From contig JBJTQJ010000128.1 in NCBI GenBank assembly GCA_046075565.1, forward strand, positions 1 to 12,257: 12,257 nucleotides of DNA, given 5' to 3'. Positions 1 to 6,885 of the stretch are shown in pieces. Below the pieces are notes generated by a model, which worked only from the letters and a program-made list of their open reading frames with translations, was not told the DNA's origin and ran no database searches. Within the stretch, counting starts at the first letter, position 1; each line of letters begins with the position of its first letter. This DNA comes from Verrucomicrobiales bacterium. Its GTDB lineage: Bacteria; Verrucomicrobiota; Verrucomicrobiia; Verrucomicrobiales; SLCJ01. A program made the translations under genes and the position numbers.

Positions 1-339
1 GACGGTGATGCCCGGTGTGGTGCCGGCAAGGGTAAGGGTGCTGGAACCGCTGAGAATCCAGCTGCCGGCTGAGGATGTGTCGCTATCGCCAAACACAATG
101 CTGGTAAGTGTGCGGTTGCTGTCTAGGGTCACGGTGCGGTCGGCGGTGATGTCGTTGGTGAAGTTCGCGGCAGAGCCCGAGCCGTCGGCGACTATCTCCG
201 ACAACCAGTTGGTGGTAGTGCTCCAGTTTCCGTTGGCATCCACATTCCATGTGCCGTCGGCGGCCTGGGCATGCGTAGTTGTCAGCGCGGCGGCGGCGGC
301 GATGGCGAGGAATCGGCGGCGGCGGAAGGGAGATTTCAT
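1..339 (-). CDS. Secreted beta-strand-rich surface protein, N-terminal 113 aa (autotransporter-associated beta-strand repeat / PEP-CTERM-type); runs off the left edge
   Basis: Hand translation from ATG at 339: MKSPFRRRRFLAIAAAAALTTTHAQA|ADGTWNVDANGNWSTTTNWLSEIVADGSGSAANFTNDITADRTVTLDSNRTLTSIVFGDSDTSSAGSWILSGSSTLTLAGTTPGITV, open to base 1. It has a signal peptide with an AQA cleavage site, a W-x(7)-W-S-x(3)-N-W motif and T/S/G/N-rich composition typical of verrucomicrobial beta-helix proteins. The C-terminal anchor is not visible. Confidence 0.85.
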   Translation of the reverse strand, partial: MKSPFRRRRFLAIAAAAALTTTHAQAADGTWNVDANGNWSTTTNWLSEIVADGSGSAANFTNDITADRTVTLDSNRTLTSIVFGDSDTSSAGSWILSGSSTLTLAGTTPGITV

Positions 340-364
340 GGGATGGTTTTGGGTTTGTAAGTGG

Positions 365-402
365 TTGGCGGAGGGGTGATTGGCGGAGGGGTGATTGGCG
401 GA
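365..402. repeat. 15-bp tandem repeat, about 2.5 copies (TTGGCGGAGGGGTGA)
   Basis: Exact copies at 365-379 and 380-394, partial TTGGCGGA at 395-402; lies 25 bp upstream of the ATG at 339. Confidence 0.95.
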
Positions 403-448
403 ATTCCGATGCTCTCCGAGGCCGATTTGGCGGCAAAAAAGAGGGGCA

Positions 449-465
449 GCTAGTAAAAAACTAGC
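449..465. promoter_or_regulatory. Palindrome GCTAGT-N5-ACTAGC, candidate operator
   Basis: Perfect 6-bp arms around an A5 spacer, next to a minus-strand TTGACG (472-467), upstream of the leftward surface-protein gene. Confidence 0.4.
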
Positions 466-503
466 ACGTCAAGCCGAAGTGGGAAGAAATTTGTGTTCGA
501 GTG

Positions 504-525
504 ACTGTCTCTCAAAAGTGCCAGT
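504..525. promoter_or_regulatory. 22-bp imperfect palindrome, copy 1 (ACTGTCTCTCAAAAGTGCCAGT), putative operator of the 5477 regulator
   Basis: 20/22 identical to 5448-5469, same orientation, intergenic. Confidence 0.7.
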
Positions 526-752
526 TGGGGCGGCTTTGCCGCGTGCTTTGTGCTTGGCTTGCGCCGGCTTAGCCCTTTGGGGCGACGTTGGGTGCTGGGC
601 CGGGCTTTGGGGGCGGGCGGTTCTCATGGCGGACCGCGCGGGTCCGGCAGGCTCAGACATCCTGAACCCCGAGGAAATGGAATGAACCCATTTGCCTGCG
701 CGGCGTCGTCTTGGTTGGGCGCATGCGCGATTCATTTGCTTCGCGCTTCGCG

Positions 753-807
753 GCCTGTCCTTCATAGCTTCAGCGACGAAGGTCAGGAAGGCTACTGGCG
801 GGCAGGC
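753..807. repeat. Inverted doublet of REP-like repeats
   Basis: GCCTGTCC (753-760) and TAGCTT (765-770) pair with AGGCTA (789-794) and GGGCAGGC (800-807), allowing G-U pairs. An alternative hairpin CCTG-T-CCTTC...GAAGG-T-CAGG spans 754-787. Resembles, from memory, the widespread CTTCGCCAAGGCTACGGCGGRCAGG intergenic repeat. Confidence 0.55.
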
Positions 808-897
808 TGTCGGCGTTCCCAGGGGCGGCTGCGGCGCGTCTGGGCGCTGTGCACACGGCCTTGGTTCTTGGTCGGGCTTCATGACCCTCTTCCCGAC

Positions 898-925
898 CTT
901 TGCGTCTTGGCATCTTTGCGTGAGA
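898..925. repeat. 8-bp imperfect tandem repeat CTTTGCGT-CTTGGCAT-CTTTGCGT-GAGA
   Basis: Three 8-mers seen directly. Resembles the CTCACGCAAAG-type short intergenic repeat that I recall near GxxExxY genes (not verified). Confidence 0.6.
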
Positions 926-992
926 CTTTTCCGGGCCGGAGGGAGCGGTCCATGCGGGGTGGTTCCGGCTGTTGATGGGCTACACATTCGCC

Positions 993-1016
993 GGGCGGAT
1001 CGGAGTCCGCCCCTCC
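993..1016 (-). repeat. REP-like hairpin (minus strand GGAG-G-GGGCGGA-CTCCGA-TCCGCCC), possible 3'-end structure of the 1041-5363 transcript
   Basis: 7-bp perfect stem 993-999/1006-1012 with a GGAG foot, about 25 bp past the stop at 1041; no U-tract. Confidence 0.55.
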
Positions 1017-1040
1017 TTGGGGATCGTTCGGTGTTGTTTC

Positions 1041-1727
1041 TCACTCCTTCTTCTCTTCGGGCAGGCGGAAATCGGAGAATGACATGACCCTGGGAGCGCG
1101 CCGCCGGCCTTCGTCATAGACGAAAACCACACAACGGGAGCGAGGATCATGACGCCACTGGCTTTCGATCAGAGGGTGAGTGCGGTCGTCATCGGGGACA
1201 CGGAAGTAAATTTCCACGGGATAGTCCCCCGGTGAGCTGGCGGGTTCCCGCACCAAAGCGGAATCGTTCGGCCCGAGATTGAGGGATGATCTGCCTATCT
1301 TGCCCGCGAGTTGCTTGGGGGTCAGGTTGATCCAGAGCATCTCCCCGAGCCGGATCTTGTCGTAGTTCGCGTTGACGGTGTGCATTCGCAATGGGAGCAC
1401 GGAGTTGGCGGGGTCAGGGGCGACGAGCAGGTAGAAATCCTTTGTGGACGCATTCACCATAACCGATGGAGCCCCCGGTGGAACCTCCTCGGGTTTGCCG
1501 ACAGGCGAGGTCAGCAGCCAGATCTTGATGTCGCCGGGACGGAGTTTGTAAACCGGAGAGAAGCTCAGGCGGGGCAAGGTGACTTCCTGGGAATTTTCAC
1601 CGTCGAAAAGATAGTACTTTCCCGGGGCCTGCGGGGGAGCATTGAGGAAGAGGATCCGGCAAGTGTGTCCATCATCCTGGGCGGACAAAATGGATGCCAT
1701 GGATAGAAGCAGGAGGATGAGTCTCAT
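1041..1727 (-). CDS. Exported hypothetical protein, 228 aa; two predicted beta-sandwich halves, weakly DUF4397/AlgF-like
   Basis: Short Sec signal peptide MRLILLLLSMASILSA|Q. Lies 42 bp downstream of the large gene on the same strand. The halves begin RILFLNAPPQAP and EMLWINLTPKQL. Confidence 0.85.
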   Translation of the reverse strand: MRLILLLLSMASILSAQDDGHTCRILFLNAPPQAPGKYYLFDGENSQEVTLPRLSFSPVYKLRPGDIKIWLLTSPVGKPEEVPPGAPSVMVNASTKDFYLLVAPDPANSVLPLRMHTVNANYDKIRLGEMLWINLTPKQLAGKIGRSSLNLGPNDSALVREPASSPGDYPVEIYFRVPDDDRTHPLIESQWRHDPRSRCVVFVYDEGRRRAPRVMSFSDFRLPEEKKE

Positions 1728-1769
1728 GTTTTGGAATGATTGCCAGGCATGCGCTCTAACCGCGGTGGA

Positions 1770-4700
1770 TTATACTTCATCGCCATTCAGCCAACGGAAG
1801 GAAACGACCTTGAAACGCCGGCCGAAGGATTGGTTCGCTGGCACGGTGGGCTGCGTGGTGATCTCCGGGGCATCCTTGGGATCCAGGAAATCCCGGGTGC
1901 GTTGCAAGGTTACCTCGCACCAGGCGCGGGCGAGCACCTTGCCGGCGGCATCCATCGATTCGCCGTAGGCGCGGATGGTGAAGGTGTCGTCGCGGGCGGA
2001 GAGGATGGGGGCGAGCGGGCGGAGGATATCGGCCTGGCGCGTCCAACCGGGAAGGCCGTAGGTATTGTGGCCGACGGCGGCTTCACGAAAGACATAGCCA
2101 TCCGCTCCCGGAGGATCCCCGAGAGAGGGGACCGACTCGTTTTGGATGGTCTCGAAGGGATTCAATGATGAATCGGCCGTAAGTTGGTTCAGGGCGGTCT
2201 GGATGGCTCCGGCCAAGGCAAGATTTTTGTCAGTGGAGAGTTGCCGGTTGACGAACTCGGAGAGAGAGAGGAAGGGCCCTCGCGCGCGCACTTGAGCGAC
2301 GATATTTTCTGCCAGCTTGTCCAACATCTCATCGGTGAAGACGCGATGGCCGGTGAACTCGGTGGTATCGGCGTATTCGCCAGGGGTCTGAGGAGGCTGG
2401 CCCGCTGCGCGGTCGCCTGCGATGCTGGTACGGGTGAAAGCGTGATCGGTCGCGGCGGAAAGGCCGATGGCGCCGTTGGACTGCGAGTAGGGGATTTTCT
2501 GGTTGCGGGCGTGTCCGAGCAGGGCGCGCCAGGCGCGGACGGAGGTGGAATTGACGTTGAACATGCCCTCCACTTCGAGGCGCGAGGCGATGGTTCTCCA
2601 AGAGGTGATGGGGTGGACGTTGGTAGTGAATTTTGCGGCTGCCTCGGTATCATTGGCTACGCGATCTTCCAAGATCGGTTGATAGGCTCGGTTGATAAGA
2701 GATTCCTTGGCTGTTAGAAGATCCAGATAGGTCTGTCGCAAATCGGTTCCTCCTGAAGGGCCGAAGTCCATTGGTTTGGGAGCGATGGATGAGAAGAACC
2801 AATCGTCGAACAAGACGTGGTTGGCACAATAGGAATCGTCCTGTTGTTCGTTATCGCGCCGACCGGCACGACCGCTAGCCGTATTGACAACGTTATCTTT
2901 AGAAATCAGAGGTGATGCGTCGGAATTCGCAACGATGTTGCCACTGTAAGGTGGGGTAGGATTGATCCCTCGAATTTGCATGTGGGTCAAATCCGCCAAA
3001 GAGACCAGAGGACGCGTTGGCAGCTCTGCCGAAACCATACGGGAGACTCCATCTGCCTTGCGGACTCCGGTTACGATATAACTGCTGTTAGTGGTGTTAT
3101 CCACGTTGGGAAGCATGTCGTCGCCTGCGGATGCATGTTCGACGATGCTGAAGTCCCAAGGGCTGTTGATCAGATTATCATTACCAGGATAGATGTCTGT
3201 CCACCTGAGTTGGACGGATGGGCTAAAGAAATCAACCACAGGATCTGCCTGGACCAATCCCTTCGTGCTGGTGGCACGATGATTGGCGATACGGGAGCCA
3301 AGGATCGCGGATAGGAAAGGAACTGGTCTTACGGCACACTCAGCCAAGGTGGTGGAGGCAAGGCCGGTTTTTGGAGGATAAAGGGTATCGGCTTCCGATT
3401 GATTGTATGCAATTTGGTACCAACTGTGAGATCTTCCGCTACTCAAGGCGCCGATCCCCCATTGGTAGGTGGTTCCACATGCTGGAAGGCCGGTAGAAGT
3501 ATTCGTGAGTGTTGGCACGTCAAATTTGGCATCGGCACTGATGCCTACGGACCCAGGCATTTCGACGATAGGGGTCGGACTGACTCCGGGGTTGAATTTT
3601 CTATCCAGCGTATAGTAGATCCCTCCGCCGGTTCTGACGCCGGGTGTTAAAGCGATGGTCGGATGGTTATTGGTTCCATTATGGTTGAGTAGTGTGTGGT
3701 TCAAGGGGGTGGTTGAAGTAGGGCTGAAAATGCGGGTTTCTCCGGGCTCCAAAATAAGCGGCACCTGATTGATAGTTAACCTGTAGCTATAATTTGGCAT
3801 GTTGGCTCCTAAACATTTGTTATTATAGGGTGGGCCAGAGAAGCCAAGCGTGCTCTGTCCTTGGACTGACCAATATTCTGAGGCGATCACTGGCCCCCCG
3901 CTGAGCTGATGCCGTAGGGCTAATGGTAGCGTGAAAGCCGGGTCACAAATAAGAGTGTTAGTCAGGGTCAACCTAGTGTTGTAGGGATTCCAAATGGTGA
4001 CAACCGGGGTGTAAAGCACAGCCGGACGGAACTTTCCCGGAGTACCGCCTGGAATGGCATAGTGGGAGACGATGAATTGAATCCTGGCAGTCTGGGGCAC
4101 GAGGCGCACATTATGGAAAATTTCGTGCCCAATTGCACGCACTGCTGGATCCGTGCGCGCCGGACTGGACCACCCTCTGTCCTCCCAGCTCCTATGGTTG
4201 ATGTTCGGTGCATTGGATGTCGTGTTCGACATGCTTTTGTATAGTGTCGCGTAGGTCTTGATCTTCGCCCAGCTTGCGATAGGTCCGCGCTCCTCCCAAA
4301 ACTCTCGATAACCCGGTCTAACTCGGAAATCTGCCCAGTGATACAGCATGCAATTCGCAGGTCGGTAATCCGTATCGTTGGCAGGCCGGGTGTATGGGAG
4401 GTGCTGGGTGGGTGAGAGTTTGAAAAACTCGAGGCCGGTGGCCGGCTGCTCGTCCCATTTTTCCGTGAGCAGGGAAAAATCTTTCCGCCAGCCGCCGGTG
4501 GCGACATTGGTGAGGAGGCCAATGGAGTCAACCGAGAGATCGTGGAAGGATTGTGAGGGCAAAGCGGCGGCGGCTTTGTCCGCGAAGAGATCCACGGTAT
4601 TCCGGTTAGGGGATTTCCGGGCCGGCGAAGGGTCGGTGAGAAGGGATTCCAGCCCGAATACCGCCGGGTCTCCCACCGCATGGCTGCGGGCGTGATCCGA

Positions 4701-5363
4701 CCAGGCGGATGCCATGTCGGTTTTCGGTTGAGAGGGTTCGGGCAGGTGTGCCTTTTGGTTTTCGCCGCTGGCCCACCATGCGAAGGAGCCGCTGCCATTC
4801 ACGGTGAAGGGAACGACATGGACCTGTCGCTTGTCACCGGGGGCAAGGCTTCCGGAGGAGAGCAAAGGGATGGTGCCGGTCGCAGGGGCTTTTGCCACCA
4901 GGTTCACCGCGCCGCCAAGACTGCTCACCGGGGTGGCGGCGGAAACCAGCCAGGTGAGAAATCGTCCGTTTTCCGTGGTGTTTTTCTGTTTCGCGGTGTA
5001 ATCGGGCTTGGTGGGCCGCCCGGTCAGGATGCCAGAGGACTGGTGGTTGCTTCCTTCCCAACTCCGCCAGACACCGACAAGTGGAGGATTATCCGGGCTC
5101 AAAATGTCGGCTGGTGCCGTGATCCTGGTGTCGGAGCCCGCGTGCTTCTGCAAAGCGCCAATGGCCAGCGCCATGCTCAGCCGGGCATTGGCCTGGGCTC
5201 GGGCGCGCGCCTTGTCCTGCTGGCTCCTGCGCGAGGACGTCTGCGAGAGACCGAGCAGCCCCATGACTAGGATGACGAGCAACGCGATGATGGAAAGGGT
5301 CGCCACCAGGGCAAAGCCGGCTGGCCGTGCCCCATGCTTTAGGGTGATGTATTTCTTTTCCAT
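1770..5363 (-). CDS. Giant pseudopilin-like protein, 1197 aa, with PilX-like N-terminus (Verru_Chthon cassette protein A-like)
   Basis: ATG at 5363; basic leader, then G|FALVATLSIIALLVILVMGLL and ARAQANARLSMALAIGALQKHAGSDTRITA. Family-like blocks LLTNVATGGWRKDFS, GMFNVNSTSVRAW, RGPFLSLSEFVNR, LSARDDTFTIRAYG and a terminal GRRFKVVSFRWL. Confidence 0.88.
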   Translation of the reverse strand: MEKKYITLKHGARPAGFALVATLSIIALLVILVMGLLGLSQTSSRRSQQDKARARAQANARLSMALAIGALQKHAGSDTRITAPADILSPDNPPLVGVWRSWEGSNHQSSGILTGRPTKPDYTAKQKNTTENGRFLTWLVSAATPVSSLGGAVNLVAKAPATGTIPLLSSGSLAPGDKRQVHVVPFTVNGSGSFAWWASGENQKAHLPEPSQPKTDMASAWSDHARSHAVGDPAVFGLESLLTDPSPARKSPNRNTVDLFADKAAAALPSQSFHDLSVDSIGLLTNVATGGWRKDFSLLTEKWDEQPATGLEFFKLSPTQHLPYTRPANDTDYRPANCMLYHWADFRVRPGYREFWEERGPIASWAKIKTYATLYKSMSNTTSNAPNINHRSWEDRGWSSPARTDPAVRAIGHEIFHNVRLVPQTARIQFIVSHYAIPGGTPGKFRPAVLYTPVVTIWNPYNTRLTLTNTLICDPAFTLPLALRHQLSGGPVIASEYWSVQGQSTLGFSGPPYNNKCLGANMPNYSYRLTINQVPLILEPGETRIFSPTSTTPLNHTLLNHNGTNNHPTIALTPGVRTGGGIYYTLDRKFNPGVSPTPIVEMPGSVGISADAKFDVPTLTNTSTGLPACGTTYQWGIGALSSGRSHSWYQIAYNQSEADTLYPPKTGLASTTLAECAVRPVPFLSAILGSRIANHRATSTKGLVQADPVVDFFSPSVQLRWTDIYPGNDNLINSPWDFSIVEHASAGDDMLPNVDNTTNSSYIVTGVRKADGVSRMVSAELPTRPLVSLADLTHMQIRGINPTPPYSGNIVANSDASPLISKDNVVNTASGRAGRRDNEQQDDSYCANHVLFDDWFFSSIAPKPMDFGPSGGTDLRQTYLDLLTAKESLINRAYQPILEDRVANDTEAAAKFTTNVHPITSWRTIASRLEVEGMFNVNSTSVRAWRALLGHARNQKIPYSQSNGAIGLSAATDHAFTRTSIAGDRAAGQPPQTPGEYADTTEFTGHRVFTDEMLDKLAENIVAQVRARGPFLSLSEFVNRQLSTDKNLALAGAIQTALNQLTADSSLNPFETIQNESVPSLGDPPGADGYVFREAAVGHNTYGLPGWTRQADILRPLAPILSARDDTFTIRAYGESMDAAGKVLARAWCEVTLQRTRDFLDPKDAPEITTQPTVPANQSFGRRFKVVSFRWLNGDEV

Positions 5364-5423
5364 AGTGCCTTCGGGATTACGAAAAATAGACTCATTCGAT
5401 TCATGAACCACTAGGATATAGCC

Positions 5424-5429
5424 TGTCAA
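5424..5429 (-). promoter_or_regulatory. Consensus -35 hexamer TTGACA facing the giant pseudopilin gene
   Basis: Exact TTGACA on the minus strand 60 bp upstream of the ATG in AT-rich DNA; no good -10 at 17-bp spacing (TCATGA). Confidence 0.35.
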
Positions 5430-5441
5430 AAGTTAAAGCTC

Positions 5442-5469
5442 TTGACTACTGTCTCTCATAAGTGACAGT
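5442..5469 (+). promoter_or_regulatory. Regulator promoter (TTGACT-N16-GACAGT) overlapped by 22-bp palindrome copy 2 (ACTGTCTCTCATAAGTGACAGT, 5448-5469)
   Basis: The palindrome is 18/22 self-complementary and ends 7 nt before ATG 5477; it fills the spacer and the -10 position, a typical autoregulatory layout. Confidence 0.7.
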
Positions 5470-5476
5470 CGCGGCC

Positions 5477-6547
5477 ATGGAGCCTTTCACACCGCTTTCC
5501 GTGGTCGATCAGCTGGTCGCGTATTTTCGGGAATCCATTTCCCGGGGTGAGATGACTGAACATATGCCCGGGTTCCGGAATTTGGCAACCAAGTTGGGCG
5601 TGAGTTCGACCACGGTCGCCGCCGCCGTCGAGCAGCTAGAGCGGGAAGGCTTTGTGCAGCAGCAAGGCCACGGACGCCGAAACCTCATCACCCTCCCCGA
5701 ACATGCGGCCACCCCGGCGTTCCGGGTTACCTTGCTGCTCTATGAGCGCGAAGATTTGCAGTTGAGCCATGTGGCGGAAATACAACAGCGTCTGAAAGAA
5801 GAGGGCCATGAGGTAAGCTTGGCCGACCGGAGTCTGGTGGATTTGGGGATGAAAGTCGAGCGGATCGCCCGAATGGTGGAACAAACCAAGACCGATGCTT
5901 GGATCATCATGTCGGCTACCATGGAAGTGTTGGAATGGTTTGTGGCGCAGTCCATGCCTGCTTTCGCCCTATGCGGTCGCTTCCGCCCCCTGCCGATGGC
6001 GGGGACCGGCCCCGACAAGGTGGGGGCATTTCGGGCTGCCATTCGTCGGCTGGCGGAGCTGGGCCACAGACGCGTCGTGCTGCTGCAACCCGACCACATG
6101 AGGAAGCCAACACCCGGGCTGCTGCTGCGTGAAACCCTCGATGAAATGGAGTCCCACGGGATTAAGACCGGGCGTTACAACCTGCCGGACTGGGAGCAGA
6201 CTCCGGAAGGGCTCCAGCGATGCCTTGATTCCCTCTTCGCGGTCAGCCCGCCGACAGCGCTCATCCTCGATCGGGCTTGCGAGTATATCGGGACCCAGCA
6301 ATACCTTGCCCAGCGGGGAATTCTCGCACCGCGGGATGTATCATTGATCTGCACGGACGATGACTTCGTCTTCGAATGGTGCGAGCCTCCCGCCAGTTGC
6401 ATCCGCTGGGAAAGTAGCCCATGGGTGCGCCGCATCGTAGGTTGGGTCGGCAACGTTGCCAAGGGCAAGGACGACCGGCGCAAAAGCTTCTCCAAGGCGA
6501 TGTTTGTCGAGAAGGCCTCCATTGGTCCAGTGCCGAACGGACAGTGA
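5477..6547 (+). CDS. Transcriptional regulator, GntR-type wHTH fused to a LacI/periplasmic-binding-protein-like sensor domain, 356 aa
   Basis: N-terminal QLVAYFRESISRGE...MPGFRNLATKLGVSSTTVAAAVEQLEREGFV (GntR HTH); C-terminal RRLAELGHRRV, PPTALI and GILAPRDVSLIC are LacI-sensor motifs. ATG 5477 is preferred over GTG 5462, which lies inside the palindrome. Confidence 0.9.
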   Translation: MEPFTPLSVVDQLVAYFRESISRGEMTEHMPGFRNLATKLGVSSTTVAAAVEQLEREGFVQQQGHGRRNLITLPEHAATPAFRVTLLLYEREDLQLSHVAEIQQRLKEEGHEVSLADRSLVDLGMKVERIARMVEQTKTDAWIIMSATMEVLEWFVAQSMPAFALCGRFRPLPMAGTGPDKVGAFRAAIRRLAELGHRRVVLLQPDHMRKPTPGLLLRETLDEMESHGIKTGRYNLPDWEQTPEGLQRCLDSLFAVSPPTALILDRACEYIGTQQYLAQRGILAPRDVSLICTDDDFVFEWCEPPASCIRWESSPWVRRIVGWVGNVAKGKDDRRKSFSKAMFVEKASIGPVPNGQ

Positions 6548-6589
6548 ACGTCTCGGGGTTGGGGTTATATGCTGGGTTTTGCCCCCCTG

Positions 6590-6618
6590 TTGCATGGGCG
6601 ACCGACTTCGGGTAAGCT
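6590..6618 (+). promoter_or_regulatory. Sigma70-type promoter TTGCAT-N17-TAAGCT, likely leaderless transcript
   Basis: -35 at 6590-6595, -10 at 6613-6618, GTG start at 6625 after a 6-nt gap. Confidence 0.65.
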
Positions 6619-6624
6619 CCGGGA

Positions 6625-6885
6625 GTGAGCACCACCACCAAGACCTTTGCGGAAAGGACACCCGCGCCCCCCGAACTTCTGGCTCGGGCGTCGGCGCTTG
6701 TGGAAAAATATCCGGGATGTTTCTGGTTTCGCCACCCGGATGCGCGCATCCGTTACCTCGACGATGTGCGTCTCGTCGTTCAGCGTCTCCGCGAATACGG
6801 CGGATGGAAGGAGTGGGAAGACGCCCAGGAATTACAAACATGCCTCTCACGGAATTTCAACGAGAAGTCCTGGCAGTCTTGGTAG
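6625..6885 (+). CDS. Small protein, 86 aa, putative antitoxin (possibly DUF6922-like)
   Basis: CFWF...VVQRLREYGGWKEW pattern recalls small partners of AbiEii-type toxins; overlaps the next gene by 46 bp; promoter directly upstream. Confidence 0.7.
   Translation: MSTTTKTFAERTPAPPELLARASALVEKYPGCFWFRHPDARIRYLDDVRLVVQRLREYGGWKEWEDAQELQTCLSRNFNEKSWQSW

Noticed and set aside
5-379. 124-aa plus-strand ORF and other ORF-track entries over 1-464
   Set aside because: Antisense or off-frame shadows of the minus-strand gene starting at 339, which has a signal peptide and family motifs.
365-402. CRISPR array
   Set aside because: Units are adjacent 15-mers with no spacers, and no cas genes are present.
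526-560. Decayed 5' end of a regulator paralog after palindrome copy 1
   Set aside because: Only patchy similarity to 5470-5505, with no ATG or recognisable HTH coding; not supportable without alignment statistics.
647-699. Hammerhead ribozyme (CTGA and GAAA inside a three-way junction)
   Set aside because: The core needs unpaired CUGANGA; here it reads CTGAACC and the CTGA is in a stem.
395-1087. ORFs 395-685, 469-1044, 550-975 and 692-1087
   Set aside because: Arg/Pro/Ala/Gly-rich translations with no motifs, running through repeats and hairpins; expected by chance in GC-rich DNA.
1770-5363. Diversity-generating retroelement target or polymorphic toxin
   Set aside because: No reverse transcriptase or TR/VR pair seen; the variable part is central while the C-terminus looks conserved.
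5364-5429. 22-aa N-terminal extension of the giant pseudopilin (TTG start)
   Set aside because: Runs through AT-rich promoter DNA and starts in the TTGACA hexamer; ATG 5363 gives a normal prepilin-like leader.
6456-6839. 128-aa N-terminal extension of the nucleotidyltransferase
   Set aside because: Overlaps the regulator, the promoter and the small ORF; family-like sequence begins at MPLTEFQ (6840).
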